The notes: a model not told the origin generated them from the sequence alone. 64,000 nt of DNA from Clostridiales bacterium (GCA_019418545.1 DYBQ01000003.1:1-64000), one strand, 5' to 3'; positions 38,388 to 49,479 are shown, counted from the first letter of the stretch. Program-made: numbers and translations.

Positions 38388-39452
38388 TTAGATAATCCCA
38401 TACATTGCCAACACATTTTCAATGGGAGTATCTGGCTGCACTGCATGAGAAGGTGCCATAATATAGCCTCCTCCATTTCCCAAAATTTGGGTATTCTCTG
38501 CTACTTTTGCTTTCACTTCTTCTGGCGTAGCAAATGGCAGGAAAGACTGTACATCCATTGCCCCGTGGAAGGTAAGTTGTTTTCCATATTTCTCTTTCAA
38601 AACCTTGGGGTTCATTCCGGCAGCACTGGTTTGAATTGGGTCCAGGATTGTCACGCCCACTTCAATCAAATCGGGAATGATGGGAGCGATAGCGCCGCAG
38701 GAATGGAAGAAAATCTCCACGTCAAAATTCTTTTTAATTTCCTTATAAAATTTCTGATACAGCGGCTTAAAATACCGGCAAAACATGTCCCGGGAAATTA
38801 ACAAATTATTCTGTGCCCCATAGTCACCGCCGCCATTGAGCTCATGAATTTTTCCTTTTCCTGCTTCCAATGTTTTCAGTGCATGCCACAGCCGGATTTC
38901 ATTGTGTTTTTCAATCATAGCCACTGCCAGGTCTTCATCCAACGCCAGTGTCATCAAAAACTTTTCATCTCCAGCCCACATAGACACATGCTGCAGCCCA
39001 GAGGGGTCGCCATGAGCGGTAATCCAGTAATCCCCTCTTTCTTCCAGCCGCTCTATGCTTTCGGATACATAGGAAAAGTCCCACCATTCCTTCTTGCCGT
39101 CCCAACCCCACCGGCCTTCCAAATCTTCCGGTGTTTCCACATCGGACCATGGAAAATACACTTCGGATTCTACCATAATCCCATTGGTGGAAGGGAACTC
39201 CTTCATTCTAGGGCCTCCAGAAACAATAATCTCATAGGAGCCGTCTTCAAAGGTTTTCAAAGGCGGCCCAATATATTTGGGTCCTACTGTCCTCCGGTCT
39301 ACACCCAGTTTATCTAAAATTTCATCCCGGTCATCAGTTTCAAAATACTCTTCGAGCTTTTTCCAGATGTACGGTTCTGCCGAAAAATCATATGGTATCC
39401 GGTCTGCCGGTTTTTTATCTAATGCTGCACGAAATCTTTCATAATGTGTCAT
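38388..39452 (-). CDS. Uroporphyrinogen-decarboxylase (URO-D/MtaA)-family protein
   Basis: RBS AAGGAGG 10 nt before ATG 39452, coupled as ATGA to the upstream gene; URO-D-like fold signature. Confidence 0.7.
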   Translation of the reverse strand: MTHYERFRAALDKKPADRIPYDFSAEPYIWKKLEEYFETDDRDEILDKLGVDRRTVGPKYIGPPLKTFEDGSYEIIVSGGPRMKEFPSTNGIMVESEVYFPWSDVETPEDLEGRWGWDGKKEWWDFSYVSESIERLEERGDYWITAHGDPSGLQHVSMWAGDEKFLMTLALDEDLAVAMIEKHNEIRLWHALKTLEAGKGKIHELNGGGDYGAQNNLLISRDMFCRYFKPLYQKFYKEIKKNFDVEIFFHSCGAIAPIIPDLIEVGVTILDPIQTSAAGMNPKVLKEKYGKQLTFHGAMDVQSFLPFATPEEVKAKVAENTQILGNGGGYIMAPSHAVQPDTPIENVLAMYGII

Positions 39453-41338
39453 ACAGTTTTTTCCTCCTTTTGTAACAACTCTACTGTTTCAGCCAAAGTA
39501 AGCAGATTGCTGGTCTCACACCAGCAGCTTCCGTTAAACACGCCGCCTATACACCTTGTGCTCTCCCAATCGGACATATTTACCCGCTCGCAAATATAGC
39601 CTTGAGGAAGCTTTTCCGGCTCAGCTCGAATGGAATCATCTTCCAACAGGCTGGCATCTTTTGGTACATCCCAGGAATAAATTGGGCGCTTTTCGGTAGA
39701 CATATACTGGCTAATCGTAAGCGCAATATCCTTTAAAAGCTCCAAATAGGCCGGATTTCCTGTCCACTTATAAATTTTATAGATGCTATCACCAGACAGC
39801 GTACAGATTCCGGGAGCAGAATGTTTATTCTGGACATTAGCAAAAACGCTGCCCACTGTCTTCATATCCAGACGTCCAAATTCGCTGGTTTTTGGGAAAT
39901 GATAGTTATAGCTGACGACCCAGCTGCTGCACTGGTGCAGCATAAACACAGCTCTATCCAGCCAAACCGAATCCTTGGTTACATCATACAGCTCCACCAG
40001 GCTTTCAAGCAGTCCAAATGCACTTTCACTGTCAGGTCCCTGTAAAATTTCTCCCGGACCTCCGGTAGTATATCCACGAATGGCATCTCTTGTGTAATAC
40101 TGTTCTGCACTTTCTAACGCTACCTGCAAATACTTTTCTTCTCCAAAATAACGATAGGCTGCTACAAGACCGGCAGGGGCAATTCCACCACTGGTAGAGC
40201 CGCCTGCAATAATTTCGCCGGTTTCCACATTGACAAACTGACCAAACTGGCCATACTTTTCCCACAGCTTTACAAAGGCATCTGCCAGTTTTCGTGCTCC
40301 TGCCTCAAATTCTACAGGCACTGTTTGATTTCTCTCCTGTATCAGGCGGAAATGCTTGAACAAAAACACCAACATATCTCCCGATTCCCGGATTAAATGC
40401 TGGTCAATTCCTGACGGGTCATGAATTACTTGACCATTCTCATCTGCCATTCCATAAAAGAATCCGCTCTTTCCCTGTGTACGGAAAAGATGCCGCAGAG
40501 TAGCCAGACCCCGTTTCCATTCTACTTCTCCGCCCAGCTTCATCAATGCATAACTGGACATACCTCCGCCAACCCAGCCAGGCTGCCAGGGAGTACAGTG
40601 GTCCCCAAATGGGACTGCGCGATAAAATTCAGCACCAGGCTGCCAGTTCAAATAATTAAACTTATCCCGCTGAATTTCAAACTGTTCTTCAAACGAAAGG
40701 ACTTCCGGACGGGTGTCATCCATTCCCATACATTTCCGGTTTTCAAAAAACACCCGATAAAACTCCTCCATACTGTCGCAGGAAAACTCCAGAAGCCGGA
40801 AGGGGATGTCGATTACCTTTCCCTTTTCTAACGTAATGCCTGTATCCTTTTTATTTTGCATAAAAGGCCATCGATAAATTTTTTCTCTTCTCATATGAGG
40901 CCAGCAAACGCCTATTTTCCCTTTTTCATAGGAAAGCCCTAAATTGATACCGTCAATTTCCTGAATAGTATAAAACAAAATGGCCTGTTTGCGGCTTGCA
41001 GAAAACACACCCACACAAGGGACACTTACATCGCCGGTGGTTACTTCAATTTTCCCGCTGCCATCCTCATTCAGCCGGATAACATCGGTCATGGTAACCG
41101 GCATATCTACGGATGCTTCTTCCATTGCAAACTTAGGCGGATAGTGTTTTTTAAGCGAACGGAAGCGATTTCCATTATAGCAGCAGGCCGGGAACAGAAC
41201 ATATTCCTCTCCATCAGCAGGAAATTCGCTGATAAACTCTACAAAAGCATTTTCCTGTGTTTGAGAAATATTTGCGCTTAACTTTTCTCCGGTTATCTGA
41301 TAATCAGCCCGGGCACTTTCTAATGATGGATAAAACAT
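39449..41338 (-). CDS. Hypothetical 629-aa protein, possibly a six-hairpin (alpha/alpha)6 glycoside hydrolase-like enzyme
   Basis: RBS GGGGAG before ATG 41338; no signal peptide. Segments GGPGEILQGPDSESAFGLLESLVELY and GGSTSGGIAPAGLVAAYRYF suggest a barrel glycosidase-like fold. Family not recognised. Confidence 0.5.
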   Translation of the reverse strand: MFYPSLESARADYQITGEKLSANISQTQENAFVEFISEFPADGEEYVLFPACCYNGNRFRSLKKHYPPKFAMEEASVDMPVTMTDVIRLNEDGSGKIEVTTGDVSVPCVGVFSASRKQAILFYTIQEIDGINLGLSYEKGKIGVCWPHMRREKIYRWPFMQNKKDTGITLEKGKVIDIPFRLLEFSCDSMEEFYRVFFENRKCMGMDDTRPEVLSFEEQFEIQRDKFNYLNWQPGAEFYRAVPFGDHCTPWQPGWVGGGMSSYALMKLGGEVEWKRGLATLRHLFRTQGKSGFFYGMADENGQVIHDPSGIDQHLIRESGDMLVFLFKHFRLIQERNQTVPVEFEAGARKLADAFVKLWEKYGQFGQFVNVETGEIIAGGSTSGGIAPAGLVAAYRYFGEEKYLQVALESAEQYYTRDAIRGYTTGGPGEILQGPDSESAFGLLESLVELYDVTKDSVWLDRAVFMLHQCSSWVVSYNYHFPKTSEFGRLDMKTVGSVFANVQNKHSAPGICTLSGDSIYKIYKWTGNPAYLELLKDIALTISQYMSTEKRPIYSWDVPKDASLLEDDSIRAEPEKLPQGYICERVNMSDWESTRCIGGVFNGSCWCETSNLLTLAETVELLQKEEKTV

Positions 41339-41520
41339 AAAGACTACTCCCCATTATTTTTTATAGACGGCTATACCGCCAAAGGATATCAAATCCTCTA
41401 TTTGTATGGTATCACCGGTTTTTGAAATGCTCAACTGCAAAAAATGCTCTTTTCACTGTAATATGGAATTATTTGAAAAAAGGCTTCCTCCATATCACTT
41501 TTAAAAGCTTAAAATCATCA

Positions 41521-41566
41521 AAAAAAGATAAAAAGTGGGACAGAATAAAAACTATTCTGTCCCACC
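41521..41566 (-). terminator. Rho-independent terminator after the YbjQ-family gene
   Basis: GTGGGACAGAAT...ATTCTGTCCCAC stem followed on the minus strand by TTTTTATCTTTTTT. Confidence 0.75.
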
Positions 41567-41583
41567 TTGTTATGCCAATCAGA

Positions 41584-41904
41584 TTACTCAAAAACAACAG
41601 CTGTTCCGCTGACTGTCACCATCAACATGGCGTTGTTGGCACCCAGTACCTCATAGTCAATGTCTACTCCAACTACAGCATTTGCGCCTCTCTCTTCGGC
41701 CCGCTGTTCCAACTCATCCAACGCCTGCTGTCTGGCAGCCATCAATTCCTCTTCATAAGTTTCGGAACGTCCTCCAAAAAAGTTCCTCATTCCTGCTGCA
41801 ACATCTTTTAGCACATTGATACCGGTAATAACCTCCCCAAAAACAACTCCCCGGTATTCCATAATCTGACGGCCTTCAATACATGGTGTTGTGGTCACAA
41901 TCAT
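41584..41904 (-). CDS. YbjQ/UPF0145-family protein
   Basis: [24 protein letters not shown]...[11 protein letters not shown]...[13 protein letters not shown]; RBS GAAGGAGG. Confidence 0.8.
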   Translation of the reverse strand: MIVTTTPCIEGRQIMEYRGVVFGEVITGINVLKDVAAGMRNFFGGRSETYEEELMAARQQALDELEQRAEERGANAVVGVDIDYEVLGANNAMLMVTVSGTAVVFE

Positions 41905-41981
41905 AACAAAACCTCCTTCTCTGCTGATACAATATAAGGGATTTTCTCCTTTGATTATATCATACAGCAAGAGGTCTGTCA

Positions 41982-43083
41982 TCAATCTAAAATTCCATGC
42001 ACAGGATTATTTTTCATAGCCTCGCCGCGGGTGTATTTGGATTGAATCGGAATCATTTTTCCAGAGCTGCTGCTCTTTTCAAAACTCTGCATCACTTCCA
42101 GCACATGGTATGTTTGCTTCCAGCTTTCCCGAGATGTTCTTCCGGTTTGAATTGCCTTTGCCATATCGGCCAGTCCCAGCGCACGGGAATTTTCCGCATA
42201 GTCAAAGCACAGAGGCATCTCCTTCACCTGGCCATCCTCTGGACGCAAAAGCTTTACAGGGCCTCCAAAGCCATTGGGGTCGGGAACAAACAGCGTGCCT
42301 TTTGTGCCATAGATTTCCAGACGCGCCTGTTCCGGGTAACACACATCGAAGGTGGTAAAAATGGTGCCAGTTGCACCGCTTTCAAAATTCATAATACCGG
42401 TCACATAGGTAGGTACCTTTACTTCCACGGTCTCGCCGCAATGAGGCTGGCTGGTAATGGTGCGGGTTGGGAAAGATGCCTTGGTTACACCCATTACACT
42501 GGAAACCCCTCCCAACAGGTTGACAAGCGCTGTGATATAATAGGGTCCCATATCCATCATGGGGCCGCCGCCATACTGATAATAGAAAGCCGGGTCGGGA
42601 TGCCAGCTTTCATGGCCGCGGCAAATCATAAAGGCGGCCGCGCCAATCGGCTCCCCAATATATCCATCGTCAATCAGCTTGCGGCAGGTCTGAATGCCCG
42701 CTCCCAAAAAGGTGTCCGGTGCGCCTCCCAGCATCAGTCCTTTTTCCTGGGCCAGCTCTACCAGCTCCTTACCTTCCTCCAAAGAAGCTGCCAACGGTTT
42801 TTCAGAATAAACATGTTTTCCGGCCTTCAGTGCTTCAATAGAAACGCCATAATGCTCATATGGGCGGGTCAAATTCAAAACAATGTCAATTTCCGGGTCT
42901 GCAAACAACTCATACATGGTGTCATACAGCTTGGGAATATTATATTTTTCCTGCGCCCTCTCGGCTTTTTCCCGAACAAGGTCACAAACGGCTACCAGCT
43001 CAATTTCCTTAAAGCATCCAGTAATATTTTGCAGATAGATGCCGGAAATATCACCGACTCCCACCATACCGATTTTTACGGTT
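41982..43083 (-). CDS. Gfo/Idh/MocA-family NAD(P)-dependent oxidoreductase
   Basis: [20 protein letters not shown] Rossmann N-terminus; RBS AAGGAGG. Confidence 0.85.
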
Positions 43084-43108
43084 TTCCCCATGAGATTTCC
43101 TCCTTTTC

Positions 43109-43831
43109 TCAATACATCTTTGCTGTATTTTCAAACCGCTCGGTGGTCAGGCCATGGTCAACAGCATATTGCTTGCCCTCACCGGCCCAAACCATACCAC
43201 GTTCCATAAGAATCTGTGCATTGGGAGATTTGTCAAACACATCATCGTGATGGCCCAGCGAGGTATAGAATACCCGTCCGTTGCCCCAGAACTTCGTCCA
43301 GGCTACCGGCATATCCACCGGTTTGTTAGAAATGTGATAATAGGGAACCACGGGGAACCGGGTGGTCGCCAGCACCTCGATAGACGGGTCAATATGAAGA
43401 TAATAATGCTCGCTGCACACAGGGAAATCTTCCAAGCCCTCCACAATAGGGCTGGAGCCATGGCAGATATTTACCATATAGTCAATGCCGTCTCCGCCGG
43501 GATGGCTAACCCACTGGCCTCCTGTAATAAACTGCCATTCGGTATCCTGCCGGAATGAATCACACATGCCGCCGTGGCAGCCTGCCAAGCCTACACCTGA
43601 GCCAACCGCCTTGCAGATATTCACTACATAATCATGGTTAATCTCTCCCATAGTCCAGCAGGCTACAATCAAATCCAGCCCCATCAGCATATCCAAATCT
43701 GCCAGCACATCCAATGTGTCGCTGATAGTGCAGGTATAGCCGTGCTTTTCCAGCAGACCGGCAAATCGTTTTGATGTCAGCTGCGGCTCGTGACCGTCCC
43801 AGCCGCCCTGTAAAATCAATGCTTTTTTCAT
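43109..43831 (-). CDS. ThuA-family (trehalose-utilisation-like) protein
   Basis: MKKALILQGGWDGHEP...; ThuA-like glutamine-amidotransferase-like fold; RBS AAGGAG. Confidence 0.75.
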   Translation of the reverse strand: MKKALILQGGWDGHEPQLTSKRFAGLLEKHGYTCTISDTLDVLADLDMLMGLDLIVACWTMGEINHDYVVNICKAVGSGVGLAGCHGGMCDSFRQDTEWQFITGGQWVSHPGGDGIDYMVNICHGSSPIVEGLEDFPVCSEHYYLHIDPSIEVLATTRFPVVPYYHISNKPVDMPVAWTKFWGNGRVFYTSLGHHDDVFDKSPNAQILMERGMVWAGEGKQYAVDHGLTTERFENTAKMY

Positions 43832-43896
43832 GAAAACTACTCCTTTCAAAGAATAAGATGATTCATATGGGAATTTCATTTCTTTTTTGTTTTGTA

Positions 43897-44958
43897 TTAA
43901 ATATGGCAGGCTATGCCGTGCCCCTGTTTTTCTGACTCAAAAATCAAATCAATTACCTTCATTACCCGCAGGCACTGTTCCGGCTTTACAATTAACTGCG
44001 CGCCATTATCCAATACATCCACAATATTTTTATAGTAGTCTGCCCAGTCCGTTTCCACTTCAGGCAGAGGCTCCTCTTTTGTTGTATAGGCCGGACGCGG
44101 CGCCATAGTACGGGTGGGTCCGGCTTCGGTATAAACAATGTCGTCATCCCAGGCCATTTGTCCAGCGTCTTCCCGCAGCTGGACAGTTTTTCCTTTACAG
44201 GACCAGTCCTCTACTACGGCAGTGCCTCCGGTACAGCTTACATGCCAACGTGGTAGATTGACAAAACAGTTTGTGGACATTTCCAGCAGTGCCGAAACCC
44301 CGTTTTCAAACCGAAGGAACAGCTTGATATTATCGTCGACTTCTTCAGAAAATACCGTTTGCAAATGGGCATCCACCGACACCACCGGGGAATCAATCAT
44401 ATTCATCATCTGGTCCAGCAGATGTACGCCCCAGTCCAGCACCATACCTCCACCGTTTACTTTATATCCTCTCCAGCCATACATGGCTCCTCGGGAGCCC
44501 TGTACCCGGCTCTCAATGAAATAAGGGGCTCCTAATGTTCCATCTTCAATAATTTTTTTAATAATGCGGTAATCCTTGTCCCATCTGCGATTCTGATGTA
44601 CGGAAAACAGCTTTCCTGTTTCCTTAGAAACCGCCATAATTTCTTCCAGCTCGGCAGCATTCATGGTAACAGGCTTTTCGCACACCACATTTTTTCCTGC
44701 CCGCAAGCACTGGATAGCCAGCTCCTTGTGAAAGTTGTTGGGCACAGCAATGGTAACCAAATCGATTTCCTTGTCATGCAGCAGTTCTTCCAATGAGGAA
44801 TAGGGAGACAGCCCCTTTTCTTTGGCTTTGTTTAGTGCCTCTGGGCGAATATCCCAAACTCCTTTTACATGAATTTGAGGAATCTTGTCCATGATATTCT
44901 GGCAATGCCAGCTTCCCATTCCGCCATATCCAATAACCGCCAAATTGTGTTTCCTCAT
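43897..44958 (-). CDS. Gfo/Idh/MocA-family oxidoreductase
   Basis: MRKHNLAVIGYGGMGSWH N-terminus; RBS GGAGG. Confidence 0.85.
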   Translation of the reverse strand: MRKHNLAVIGYGGMGSWHCQNIMDKIPQIHVKGVWDIRPEALNKAKEKGLSPYSSLEELLHDKEIDLVTIAVPNNFHKELAIQCLRAGKNVVCEKPVTMNAAELEEIMAVSKETGKLFSVHQNRRWDKDYRIIKKIIEDGTLGAPYFIESRVQGSRGAMYGWRGYKVNGGGMVLDWGVHLLDQMMNMIDSPVVSVDAHLQTVFSEEVDDNIKLFLRFENGVSALLEMSTNCFVNLPRWHVSCTGGTAVVEDWSCKGKTVQLREDAGQMAWDDDIVYTEAGPTRTMAPRPAYTTKEEPLPEVETDWADYYKNIVDVLDNGAQLIVKPEQCLRVMKVIDLIFESEKQGHGIACHI

Positions 44959-45081
44959 AAAAAAATCCTCCAAACCCGGTAGTTTCTGGTTGCATTATAT
45001 CACCCTTTGCCGTACAATACCTGTCATAAGGGATTTACTTTTAGCCAAATATTGCGCTTTTTCAGAAAGGAAGATTTTCTT

Positions 45082-45948
45082 ATGAAATCGGCAGAATCCC
45101 AAGCCTATTATGAGGACCGGTATGGCCGGATTGCAGACATTCAAGCCGTAGAAGCGGATTCTATCAGCTTTCCGCTTCACCTGCACAATGATTTGGAATT
45201 ATTTCTGGTTCGCAGCGGATGTATCCGAGTCACCGTTGGAAAAGAAGAGGCTGAACTTAAATCGGGGGAATTTACACTCATTTTTCCCAACATGGCCCAC
45301 GCTTATCTTTGCCTTGAAAACGGCAGTCAGTATACCATGGTCGTTTGCAGTCCGTCCCTTGCAGGAGAATACTTATCAAGACTGACACACTACCGTCCTC
45401 AAAATCCATTTTTGCAGGATGTCCCTCTTCATCCAGATATCCCCTATGCTATGCATGGGTTAGTTATGCAGGCGGCCAATCAGCCCGATGAAGAAATTTT
45501 CCGAGCTCTAATACAGCTAATTTTAGCCCGCAGCTTACAAAAAATGGTATTGGAGCCTGCGAGAGAGCCAAAATCTATGGACTTAACAGGCCGGCTCATA
45601 CGGTATTTAGCCGACCATTTTCAAGAGCCTCTTTCGCTCGATAGCGTTGCCCGGGATTTAGCAGTTAGTAAATACCATCTTTCCCATGTTTTTTCCAATC
45701 GCCTTCATACCAGTTTTACAGATTATGTAAACTTTCTCCGGTTAAACCGGGCTCGGGAATTGCTTTTAATGACAGACGATAGTGTTTTGGAAATCGCACT
45801 TTCTTGTGGATTTTCCAGTCAGCGTACCTTCAATCGGACATTCCGGGAATATTTTGGAAAAACTCCCCGGGAGTTTCGCTCAGAAAAAGCGTTTCCCCCT
45901 GCCCAGACATGTCAAAGCGCAGAGGGAAAGCAAAAAGATACTCTATAA
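45082..45948 (+). CDS. AraC-family transcriptional regulator (cupin N-domain plus HTH)
   Basis: C-terminal HTH_18 signature ...LDSVARDLAVSKYHLSHVFSNRLHTSFTDYVNFLRLNRARELL...; RBS GAAAGGAAG. Confidence 0.85.
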   Translation: MKSAESQAYYEDRYGRIADIQAVEADSISFPLHLHNDLELFLVRSGCIRVTVGKEEAELKSGEFTLIFPNMAHAYLCLENGSQYTMVVCSPSLAGEYLSRLTHYRPQNPFLQDVPLHPDIPYAMHGLVMQAANQPDEEIFRALIQLILARSLQKMVLEPAREPKSMDLTGRLIRYLADHFQEPLSLDSVARDLAVSKYHLSHVFSNRLHTSFTDYVNFLRLNRARELLLMTDDSVLEIALSCGFSSQRTFNRTFREYFGKTPREFRSEKAFPPAQTCQSAEGKQKDTL

Positions 45949-45956
45949 AATTTACA

Positions 45957-46754
45957 TTATAAGCTCAAATTCCTACGGCAAAAAACTCCAATGCCTCCAG
46001 CATAAAATATAAAAGAACCGGCAAACAGCACAGCTATCTGCCACACAACACCATCCCCGGCTGCAATGGCTTTGGAATCAAACAGGGTCAGTGGCGTCAG
46101 ATACAGGAGAAATTCCCAGCTTTCGTCCATCTGCCCCAGCATTTGCAGCAGGATAAATACAATACACAGCCCGGCCCCCACGCCGATAGCCCAGCGGCTT
46201 TCCTGAAAACTGCACGCACTGCAAAAGCACAGCCCCGCCAGAAACTCCAACATTCCCAACAGGCAGAAGTTTAGAAATACAAACTGCCCTCCGTCCAGTT
46301 CTCCGGGAAACATGGTTTCGGACAGCACCAGCCCGCACAGCGTCTCATACACAACAGCCGCCAATACACACATAGCCAGCACCACCGCCTGTGTCAAGGC
46401 AATGGAAGCACGCGAATGGGGTGTTGCCAGCAGACAGGCCATGGAACCCCTATCGATATATCGGGCCATCAGCCGACTGGAAAGGAAAAGAATCATCACC
46501 AGCGGCAGGCAAATTAGCAAAAATCCATAGAGGTAATTGGCCAAAAACTCCAACAGTGTGCTGCCCGGCGCATCCATCCCAAAAGCAGAAAACAGTTCGG
46601 GCATACTTTCCATCATGAGCTGCAAGCTTCCGCCCATTTCCGGGTCAAACATGCTGATAATCACGCCTGTGTACAGGGTGAAAATCCCGCAGAAAATCAG
46701 GACGATTTTATAATTGACCCGCCATTCCCGGCGGAAAAGAGTCCATACCATCAT
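45957..46754 (-). CDS. ABC-2-type transporter permease
   Basis: Six hydrophobic segments; adjacent to and overlapping the ATPase gene. Confidence 0.7.
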   Translation of the reverse strand: MMVWTLFRREWRVNYKIVLIFCGIFTLYTGVIISMFDPEMGGSLQLMMESMPELFSAFGMDAPGSTLLEFLANYLYGFLLICLPLVMILFLSSRLMARYIDRGSMACLLATPHSRASIALTQAVVLAMCVLAAVVYETLCGLVLSETMFPGELDGGQFVFLNFCLLGMLEFLAGLCFCSACSFQESRWAIGVGAGLCIVFILLQMLGQMDESWEFLLYLTPLTLFDSKAIAAGDGVVWQIAVLFAGSFIFYAGGIGVFCRRNLSL

Positions 46755-47665
46755 GCTTCCCCCTTCCGGTCAGCGGCTTTTTCTTCTCCGTAATATCCAA
46801 GAAACATATCTTCCAGTGTCTGTGTCCGCAGCTGTAAATCCGTTACCCCACAGCCTGCCATCTTTTGCAGCAGCAGAGAGAGGTTTTCCCTCCCGGAAAC
46901 AGAAATTTCCACCCGGTTTTCATGCCGAACGGCCCCGTCCCACTGATTGGCTGCTTTTTCGGCTTCCTTTTCCCCGGGAAATACAAACTGATAGGTTTTG
47001 ACCTTGCTTTTCCGCAGGGAATCCATTTCCTCTATGGCTGCAATGCGGCCTTTTTTCAAAATTGCCACCCGGCTGCAGGTACGCTCTGCTTCCTCAAAGA
47101 GGTGGCTGGACAGGAACACCGTCGCGCCCCGCTGCCGGCTTTCATGCACCAGCTCCAAAAAACGGTTCTGCATCAGCGGGTCCAGTCCGCTGGTGGGTTC
47201 GTCCAGAATCAAAATTTCCGGTTTTGCCATAAAGGCGTTGAGAATCCCCAGCTTCTGTTTGGTTCCCTTACTCATGCGGCGAATCCGCTGTTTTCCGTCC
47301 AGCTCAAAAAGCTCGGACAGGCGCTTGGCTTCCGCCAAATCAGAAATACCCTTCATTCCAGCCATGAACCGCAGGAACTGCTCGCCGGTCATGTCATCCG
47401 GCAGCGCCAGTTCTCCGGGAAGATAGCCCACATGCGCCTGAATTTTTTTCGCGTCCCGAAAACAGTCCATCCCCAAAATCCGCGCACTGCCTTTCTGGGG
47501 TCGGATAAACCCCATCAGCTGCCGGATGGTGGTGGTTTTTCCTGCACCATTGGGACCTAAAAATCCGAAAACCTCCCCTTTTACAAGGGTAAAGTTCAAA
47601 TCAAACACGCCCCGCCCTGCGCCATATTCTTTTGTCAGGTCGGATACTTCAATGACCGACTCCAT
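46751..47665 (-). CDS. ABC transporter ATP-binding protein
   Basis: Walker A GPNGAGKTTT; signature LSGGQ-like region; RBS AAGGAGG before ATG 47665. Confidence 0.85.
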   Translation of the reverse strand: MESVIEVSDLTKEYGAGRGVFDLNFTLVKGEVFGFLGPNGAGKTTTIRQLMGFIRPQKGSARILGMDCFRDAKKIQAHVGYLPGELALPDDMTGEQFLRFMAGMKGISDLAEAKRLSELFELDGKQRIRRMSKGTKQKLGILNAFMAKPEILILDEPTSGLDPLMQNRFLELVHESRQRGATVFLSSHLFEEAERTCSRVAILKKGRIAAIEEMDSLRKSKVKTYQFVFPGEKEAEKAANQWDGAVRHENRVEISVSGRENLSLLLQKMAGCGVTDLQLRTQTLEDMFLGYYGEEKAADRKGEA

Positions 47666-47900
47666 TACGATATTCCTCCTTGTCTTTTGGCTGCCAAATA
47701 TAGATGCAAAAAAGCACTTGTCTTTAAAATAGTAAACTGGCAAAATCGAAAAAAACGGCTGTGCCATCTAAGCTCCCCATTTTGGGTTGACCTTCCAGTC
47801 AATCTTTGGTTTCATTATAGGGGATTGACTGAGATTTACAAGGGGGATTTCGTTTAAAATGTCTACTGGCTGATTTCCAAGTAAAATGCCATAGTTTTCC

Positions 47901-47929
47901 TTGCAACTATTCCATAAACATGATACACT
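47901..47929 (+). promoter_or_regulatory. Candidate sigma-A promoter for glyQS
   Basis: TTGCAA, 17-bp spacer, TACACT. Confidence 0.45.
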
Positions 47930-48028
47930 GAAAAGGACGCTTTGAGAGAAAGCCGCAGCCAGCGGACGGCTCAAACGCGCAAATCAACACAAGTGCCGCA
48001 GCCAGCGGCGCAGGATGGAGGAAATAAT

Positions 48029-49411
48029 ATGTTAGCAACCGACAAGACCATGGAAACCATCGTCGCCCTTTGCAAAGGCCGTGGATTTATCTTCCCCGGC
48101 TCCGAAATTTACGGAGGTCTCTCCAACAGCTGGGACTACGGCCCTCTGGGTATGGCGTTCAAGGATAACGTAAAGAACGCGTGGAAAAAGAAGTTCATTC
48201 AGGAAAGCCCCTACAACGTGGGTCTGGATTCTGCAATCCTCATGAACCCCGAAGTATGGGTGGCAACCGGCCATGTGGGCGGTTTCTCCGACCCGCTGAT
48301 GGACTGCCGCGACTGTAAGACCCGTCACCGCGCCGACAAGCTCATCGAGGACTTCACCGGCGAATCCGCCGACGGCTGGACCAACGAGCAGATGCAGAGC
48401 TTCATTCAGGAGCACGGCATCACCTGCCCCAACTGCGGCAGCAAAAACTTCACCGATATCCGTCAGTTCAACCTTATGTTCAAGACCTTCCAGGGCGTGA
48501 CTGAGGACGCAAAGAACCAGCTGTATCTCCGTCCCGAGACGGCACAGGGTATCTTTGTTAACTTCCCCGCTATCCAGCGCACCACCCGCAAGAAGGTTCC
48601 CTTCGGTGTGTGCCAAGTGGGCAAAAGCTTCCGCAATGAGATTACCCCCGGTAACTTCACCTTCCGTACCCGCGAGTTCGAGCAGATGGAGTGCGAGTTC
48701 TTCTGCAAGCCCGGCACTGATTTGGACTGGTTCTATTACTGGAAAGACTTCTGCAAAAACTGGCTGCTGTCTCTGGGCATGAAGGAAGAAAACATGCGCC
48801 TGCGTGACCACCGTCCCGAGGAGCTGTCCTTCTACTCCAAGGCTACCACCGATATTGAGTATCTGTTCCCCTTCGGCTGGGGCGAGCTGTGGGGCATTGC
48901 CGACCGTACTGATTATGATTTGGGCCGTCATCAGGAGCATTCTGGAAAAGATTTGTCCTATTTTGACCCAGAAACCAACACCCGCTATATTCCCTATGTA
49001 GTCGAGCCCTCTCTGGGTGCTGACCGTGTGGCACTGGCTTTCCTGTGCGACGCTTATGACGAGGAAGTTGTGGACGCAGAGAAAAACGACACCCGCGTGG
49101 TGCTGCGCCTGCATCCCTATCTGGCTCCCTTCAAGGCTGCCATTCTGCCCCTTTCCAAAAAGCTCAGCGAAAAGGCCCGCGAGGTCTATGCACAGCTGGC
49201 CAAGGAGTTCATGGTGGACTTTGACGACGCTGGCTCCATCGGTAAGCGCTATCGCCGTCAGGACGAAATCGGTACCCCCATGTGCATCACCTATGACTTT
49301 GACAGCGAGAATGATGGCTGCGTGACCATCCGTGACCGTGACACCATGGCACAGGAGCGCGTTTCCATCGATAAGCTGGCAGACTACATTCGCGAGAAAA
49401 TCGCTTTCTAA
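48029..49411 (+). CDS. glyQS: Glycine--tRNA ligase (dimeric class II, GlyQS type)
   Basis: [41 protein letters not shown]; anticodon-binding C-terminus; RBS GGAGG. Confidence 0.9.
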   Translation: MLATDKTMETIVALCKGRGFIFPGSEIYGGLSNSWDYGPLGMAFKDNVKNAWKKKFIQESPYNVGLDSAILMNPEVWVATGHVGGFSDPLMDCRDCKTRHRADKLIEDFTGESADGWTNEQMQSFIQEHGITCPNCGSKNFTDIRQFNLMFKTFQGVTEDAKNQLYLRPETAQGIFVNFPAIQRTTRKKVPFGVCQVGKSFRNEITPGNFTFRTREFEQMECEFFCKPGTDLDWFYYWKDFCKNWLLSLGMKEENMRLRDHRPEELSFYSKATTDIEYLFPFGWGELWGIADRTDYDLGRHQEHSGKDLSYFDPETNTRYIPYVVEPSLGADRVALAFLCDAYDEEVVDAEKNDTRVVLRLHPYLAPFKAAILPLSKKLSEKAREVYAQLAKEFMVDFDDAGSIGKRYRRQDEIGTPMCITYDFDSENDGCVTIRDRDTMAQERVSIDKLADYIREKIAF

Positions 49412-49429
49412 GAGAAAATCTTGTTATTG

Positions 49430-49479
49430 ACAGCAGGCTCTATTCCGGGACTCTCCGGCAATAGAGTCTGCTTTTTTTG
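49430..49479 (+). terminator. Rho-independent terminator of glyQS
   Basis: GCAGGCTCTATT...AATAGAGTCTGC stem followed by TTTTTTT. Confidence 0.8.

Noticed and set aside
47780-48028. T-box riboswitch upstream of glyQS
   Set aside because: The leader is only ~100 nt from the candidate promoter. It lacks the conserved T-box sequence (AGGGTGGNACCGCG) and a specifier-loop/antiterminator arrangement. There is only a single short hairpin.
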